From contig DF237237.1 of the NCBI GenBank assembly GCA_000708835.1, positions 1 through 64,000 on the forward strand: 64,000 nt of DNA, in the 5' to 3' direction. This DNA is from Klebsormidium nitens. Its lineage: Eukaryota; Plantae; Klebsormidiophyceae. A model generated the notes under the pieces. The model was not told where the DNA came from, searched no databases, and worked only from the letters and a program-made list of their open reading frames with translations. The position numbers were made by a program, and so were the translations under genes. Positions 59,101 through 64,000 of this stretch are shown here, one piece after another. Positions within the stretch are counted from its first letter, which is position 1. Each line of letters starts with the position of its first letter.

Positions 59101-62100
59101 GACGGCGGTGGCGGGCAGCACGGGGCAGTACCAGGCTAGCCTGAGCCCCACCGTGGCGGGGCCGTACAGCGCCGAGGTGCGCTACAACGGCACGCTCGTC
59201 GGCGGGGCCACCGCGGGGACGCCCAAGACGGTCACGCCAGGTACGGGCGGGCCGCGATCTTTCTTCCCCGACGCAAATGTTGATTCTTAGTCTTCGAAGG
59301 CTTTTTGATTTCTTAGAAACAAGGTAATGTTACTCTAGTAGACGGACGGCATTCTCATGTTGATTGGAGAATGCCAGTCTGGCTCCAAAATGGCCCATCA
59401 AGGCACAATTCAGCGACCCGCGTTGCACAGTGCTTTCGTTGCTCCTCGATCCATCATCGTTCCGTCTTGTGCAGGCCCCGTGTACGGCCCCGCGTGCACG
59501 GTGAGCGGCTTGGTGAGCTCCGCGGTGGCGGGCGTGGCCCAGTCGCTGCGCATCCAGGCCGCGGACCAGTACGGCAACGCACAGACCAGCGGCAGCCCCG
59601 CCTTCGCGGCGGCCTTCACCCCGGCCGCGGGTACCACGTGGACGGTGATGAGCAACAACGACGGCAACAGCACCTTGCAGTACCGCCTCACCGTCGTCGG
59701 CAGCTACAAGATGGCGCTTACGCTCGGCGGCAGCCCGGTCGCAGGCAGCCCCTTCTCGCTCACCGTCACGCCAGGTGAGGGCCCACGAGGCGTCTGGTGC
59801 TCTCAACTTTTCTGAAATGTACCGAATTTGATTGTTAACAAAACTAATGAGCCCTTGACTTGCAATACTTCTTCTCAACTCAACCCACTACGTGGTACTC
59901 CTATCATTCCAACAATTTCAAGATAGTCATAAAGCAAAGCGTCACCTGCCTCTGTCTTGCACTCGTTAAGATCTGGACGTCAACTACGAGCACTTAACTT
60001 TTCGGTTTCATTCAGAGACGAGCTTGCCCTTCCAAGGACCCTACCAGCTTGATCATTGAAGCTTGACGCGAGGCAAGCTCGAGTGACTGAGCGAGCTCGC
60101 GGCTCCCTCATCGCTCGACTCACTCCCGGCCCCTGTTCTCCGTCAGGCCCTGTGTCTGCTGCCCAGTGCACGGCCAGCGGGAGCGGTCTCTCCACCGCCA
60201 CCGCGGGCGTGGCGGCCACGTTCAAGGTGCTGCTGTACGACGCCAGCGGCAACGCCGTCTCCAACGCCGCCCCCTCCAGCCTGGCCGCCACGCTGACGGT
60301 AAGCGGTGTGCCGACCGTGATGGGGAGTGCGCACTCGGACGACGTGGCGGCCAACGGGGTGACGGTGTCGTACGTGGTCACTGTGGCCACCGCGTACACG
60401 CTCACCATCACGTGGCAGGGCCAGACCATCAGCGGAGGGGTCACCACCGTCACCGCAGGACCGGGTGAGGGGCCAAAGCGGGCGCTCGACTGTCTGTAGC
60501 CTGGTGAAACATAGCCTTCTGCAACTTTGTCAGGTTCCACATCTCTTCCAAAGAGAACCTTTTTATGACTCTTGAAAATCTACTGGAGACGGACCAGACG
60601 ACGAGGGACTCACAAGCTTGCCCTGGTTTTCGAGGGCTGCTTTGCCCCCGGAACTTGAAGCACCTCTTTGGAAAAGATGACTGTTTCGAAAGGTCGATTC
60701 CCTCAAGGAACGGCCTTCGCCAGCTTTTTCGTGGGGCCTGCTCGCAGCCAATCAGCCGAGCACAGCTCATGCAGCGCTGAATCCGACAGTGAGTGCTTGC
60801 GCTGGTGAAAAGCTTCAGCAATCAGATGCGCCCGCGCAAGCTGACTGTCTTCGTCGATTGTGCCCCAGGCGCCGCGTCTGCCTCGACCAGCACTGCTACG
60901 GGCACGGGCCTGTCCGGCGGGGTGGCCGGGAGCAGCCTGGCCTTCACGCTGCGGGCGCGCGATGCGTTCAACAACGCCCTCTCCACCGGGTCCCAAAACT
61001 TCAGCCTCAGCTTTGCGCCCGCCACCCCGACGACCGCCAGCGTGACTGACAACGGGGACGGCACCGCGGGCGCTACGTACTCGTTCAACGTGGCGGGCAG
61101 CTACACGGCACGTCTGTATCTGGCCGGTGCCGAGCTGGCTGCAAGCCCCGTCGCCGTGCTTATCTCGCCAGGTGGGCATGGTGTGGGAGCATGCGCTCTT
61201 CGGCCAACGAGCCCCTACATGGGGTTGTCTGACCAGCCGAGCACGTTCTTGTTCAGAAGCGCATTTGATGTACATCATCATATTAGTCCCTGCTACGTTT
61301 ATCGTGTTCCCGAACTTCAAAGTTCCTTCAGATCGTTTGCATAACCAACCATCACGAGCTGACGACACGTCCTGTTGCGCATGGGTGGTGCAGGCGCTGC
61401 TGTGGCGGGCCAGTCGAGTGCCACAGGGGAGGGCCTCTCGTCGCCCAGCACGGTGGCCGCCAACTCGATCTTGGTGCAGCTGCGCGACAGCTACGGCAAT
61501 GCGCTCGCCAGCGGGGGCGACAGCGTCACGTACAGCGTGGCGGGGCCGTCTGCGGCGGTGAAGCAGGCCGTGGTTTATGTCGGCGCGGGGGCCTACTCGA
61601 CGTCGTACACCGTGTCGGGGCTGGGGGCGTACACGGTCACGGTCAGCGTCAACGGAGCACAGCTGCCGGGGAGCCCCTTCAGCGCCACGGCCACCGCCGG
61701 TGAGCGGCTCGCGGGCGGCTGTCAGCACTGCCGGCCGCGATATGCGTCGGCCGTTTGAACTTCGGTGGACAAAGTCCATGCAGGGTTTAAGCTAACCCCT
61801 ACCATCAAATATTGCTTTATGACCCAGACCACCGGGTTTTATCGAAGGTTATGCTAAACCAGGTTTAGACGCTGCGCGCGAGCAAAGGTTTCTTCAACTT
61901 CTTGTCCAAGCTGATTTGCCGACGAGAAGTTGAGACCATTCAGCAGAACACACCTGCAATGATCAATTGGATGTGTGCCAGCATGAAAGGGCGCTGCAGC
62001 GTTACGCTTTTCTGCTACTTTCCAATGCTCATGTCAAGCTAGGCGCACTCACCAATTACTAGGAGCACGCGCCTGACGCTACAATGCTGTGTGTGCCCCT

Positions 62101-64000
62101 TCAGGCACTGCCCGCGCCGCCAGCTGCAGCGGCAGCCTCAGCGCGGCCACACTGGTGGCGGGCCAGTCCGGGCTGCTCACGGTGCAGGCCAAGGATGCCA
62201 GCGGCAACGCGCTCTCCAGCGGGGGCCTGGCCTTCAACGTCCGATTCAGCCCCACCCCAGCGACTGGCCCCGCCCTGGCCACCACCACCACGGACGGCAA
62301 CAACGGGGCATACACGCTGCCCTTCCAGATCAACGTGGCCGCCACCTACTCTGTCGCAGTCACGCTGTCGGGGACGGCCATCGCAGGGAGCCCCTTCGCA
62401 CTCACCGTGCTGCCAGGTGGGGGCAAGGGCTCCAGAATGCACCCATGAAAGTGGACTTATGTCTTCTTAGCCATGATTCCTGATTCTAGACCTCCTGATC
62501 CTGTTTTCAAGGCTTGAACTTTAGCTTCTGCAATGTGGAAGCATGCTGAGGTGATCATTGAAGTCAGCATTGGGCCCTGCATCCATTAGACCAACTGCCC
62601 CTGGTGTTTCCCTGTCTGTTGCTGAGCCGCGTGTCTGTGTGCAGGTGTGGTGAGTGCCTCTTCCTGCACTGCGGCCGGGAGCGCCATCTCATCTCACACG
62701 GCCGCCAGCAATGACTCGCTGGTGGTCACGGCCAAGGACAGCTACGGCAACACCGTCACGGCCGCCACCGATGCGGGGGGGCAGCCCATCAGCTTCACGG
62801 CCACCCTGGCGGGCCCCGCGGGGAGCAGCAGCACGGCGCTGGCGGCCACGCCCAACCAGGGCCTGTACAACGCCACGCTCAACATGCAGGCCGCAGGCAC
62901 CTACAGCTTGCGCGTCTCCTACCAGGGCACCAACATCAGCGGCAGCCCCTTCGGAGTCACCGTTTCTCCAGGTGGGCACCTCTGCTGTCACTGCTGGACA
63001 CGAGGTCAACAAGAGGACAGCATGATTGGTCCTCCATATTTGCATGTCAAGCTGGAACCAGAGACTCAGGAAATTGAGCTTTTTATATTGGACATCTTGC
63101 CTTGAATACTGGGACAGGATTCGCTAGGACCGACCACATGTTCATCTCTAAGAAAGAGGGACTTGGTTGTCTGCTGTCCGGTCCACCTGGACGAACCTGG
63201 AAGACTCACTTGTTCCTCTTGTCCCTTTGGTCCAGGCCCGCCCTCTGTCGCGTACAGCATCCTGTCTGCCGCCATGAATCCAGTGGTGGCGGGGGCGCAG
63301 GGCGCCCTGGTGATTCAGGCGTACGATGCATTCAACAACAAGCGCACCGCAGGGGGTGACGGTTTCAGAGTGACCATGACCCTGGGCAGTGCCTCCTTCA
63401 GCGGCACGCCCGCCGACAACGGCGACGGCACCTACACGCGCGCCTTCAACAGGACGGCCGCCGGCAGCTACACCATCCAGGCCACCTACAACGGGGCTGC
63501 CTTCAGCACGCTCGCCGCTCCGCAGATCGTCGTGCCAGGTGCGCAGTGCCCAGAGGACGTACAATTGCATTTTATTGTGAGCCCGTACTTGGAGGCTGAG
63601 CTGATACAAGATCCGAGGCTGGTTCTGCCTCATGCCTTGCACCGGTTTCTTCTCCCAGCATGGATTCATTTCAGTATGAGCGTTGACTAACACCTGACTC
63701 GGCTCTCTGTTCCTTCTTCCCAGCTGACGTGTCGGTGAGCCAGAGCGTGGTGAGCGGCACTGCCCTGAGCAGCCAGGCCGCAGGCACCGCGCGCGTGCTG
63801 CAGCTGCTGGCGCTGGACGCGTTTGGCAACGCCATCACGGCGGCCACCACCGCCAGCAGCGTGCCCATCATCTTCACGGCCACCGTCGCCGGCCCGCAGG
63901 CCCTCACTGCGCTGCTCACTGCGGCGGGGGGCGGCGTGTACCAGGCCACCATCACCCTCACGGTGGCGGGGACGTACTCGCTGGCGGTGGACTACAACTC
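50189..64000 (+). CDS. Giant secreted protein: signal peptide, laminin-IV(B)-like domain, at least 19 filamin/Ig-like modules, central Ser-Pro shaft; runs off the window
   Basis: Exon 1 gives MCLKSSSRMADRRSAQLFGVIPLQLLLILTVGTT|GVLGQPW (hydrophobic signal). Exon 2 has TPTYSSSGGNSGGFMAASD..LQFDY..WQTMTIYLSEQAGW..QFKSVLSRVTSLRLPGDW..IDNVYV. It is followed by ~100-aa modules with C..sG.Gl..a.AG....f.iqa.D.yGN....G.Y...Y....AG.Y.l.v...G..i.GsPf...v.PG. Confidence 0.9.
55365..57248 (+). repeat. Ser-Pro-rich (HRGP/AGP-like) coding tract with ~110-120-nt imperfect tandem units; contains N-gap 56152-56261
   Basis: (SP)n and SPSPSA/SSSPA peptides. Recurring tctagctcgccagcaccctcctcctctcc and gccagcgcttcgccatc units; ccagcccttcaccgtcctcttcgt occurs on both sides of the gap. 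Confidence 0.9.

Noticed and set aside
1-64000. CRISPR array, rRNA or prokaryotic operon
   Set aside because: No regularly spaced repeat-spacer array and no rRNA similarity; all genes are spliceosomal-intron-containing eukaryotic genes.

Overview
This is a eukaryotic, intron-rich window with GT-AG introns, GC-rich exons and four N-gaps. Gene content (moss-type delta-6 elongase, plastid CLT transporter, VPS28, eIF2B-gamma) suggests a green plant or streptophyte alga, Klebsormidium-like; this is inference. All gene models were spliced by hand from the sequence. Host genes: ELO elongase (-, 1937-4004), CLT (+, 19729-24553), VPS28 (-, 26032-27134), a bacterial-type cupin (+, ~28408-29652), a small Get5/UBL4A-like protein (-, 31150-32696), eIF2B-gamma (+, 33474-38208), an FAD monooxygenase (-, 39989-43068), an Amidase_3-type peptidoglycan amidase (-, 44683-46619, probably fused to exons up to 48946), and a giant secreted protein (+, 50189 to beyond 64000) with a laminin-IV-like domain, at least 19 filamin/Ig-like modules and a Ser-Pro shaft. 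Mobile DNA: a ~13.9-kb IS630/Tc1-mariner-type element (4533-18384) with bipartite inverted ends, a frameshifted DD36E transposase and a ~9-kb multi-exon cargo gene with chromatin-protein-like features; a TA-flanked MITE (49502-49745); a 35-bp TA-bounded hairpin; and clusters of putative excision footprints. The best candidates for new biology are the cargo-carrying giant transposon, the algal peptidoglycan amidase, the minimal Get5/UBL4A-like protein and the giant modular wall protein. No database searches were possible, so family calls rest on motif recognition.
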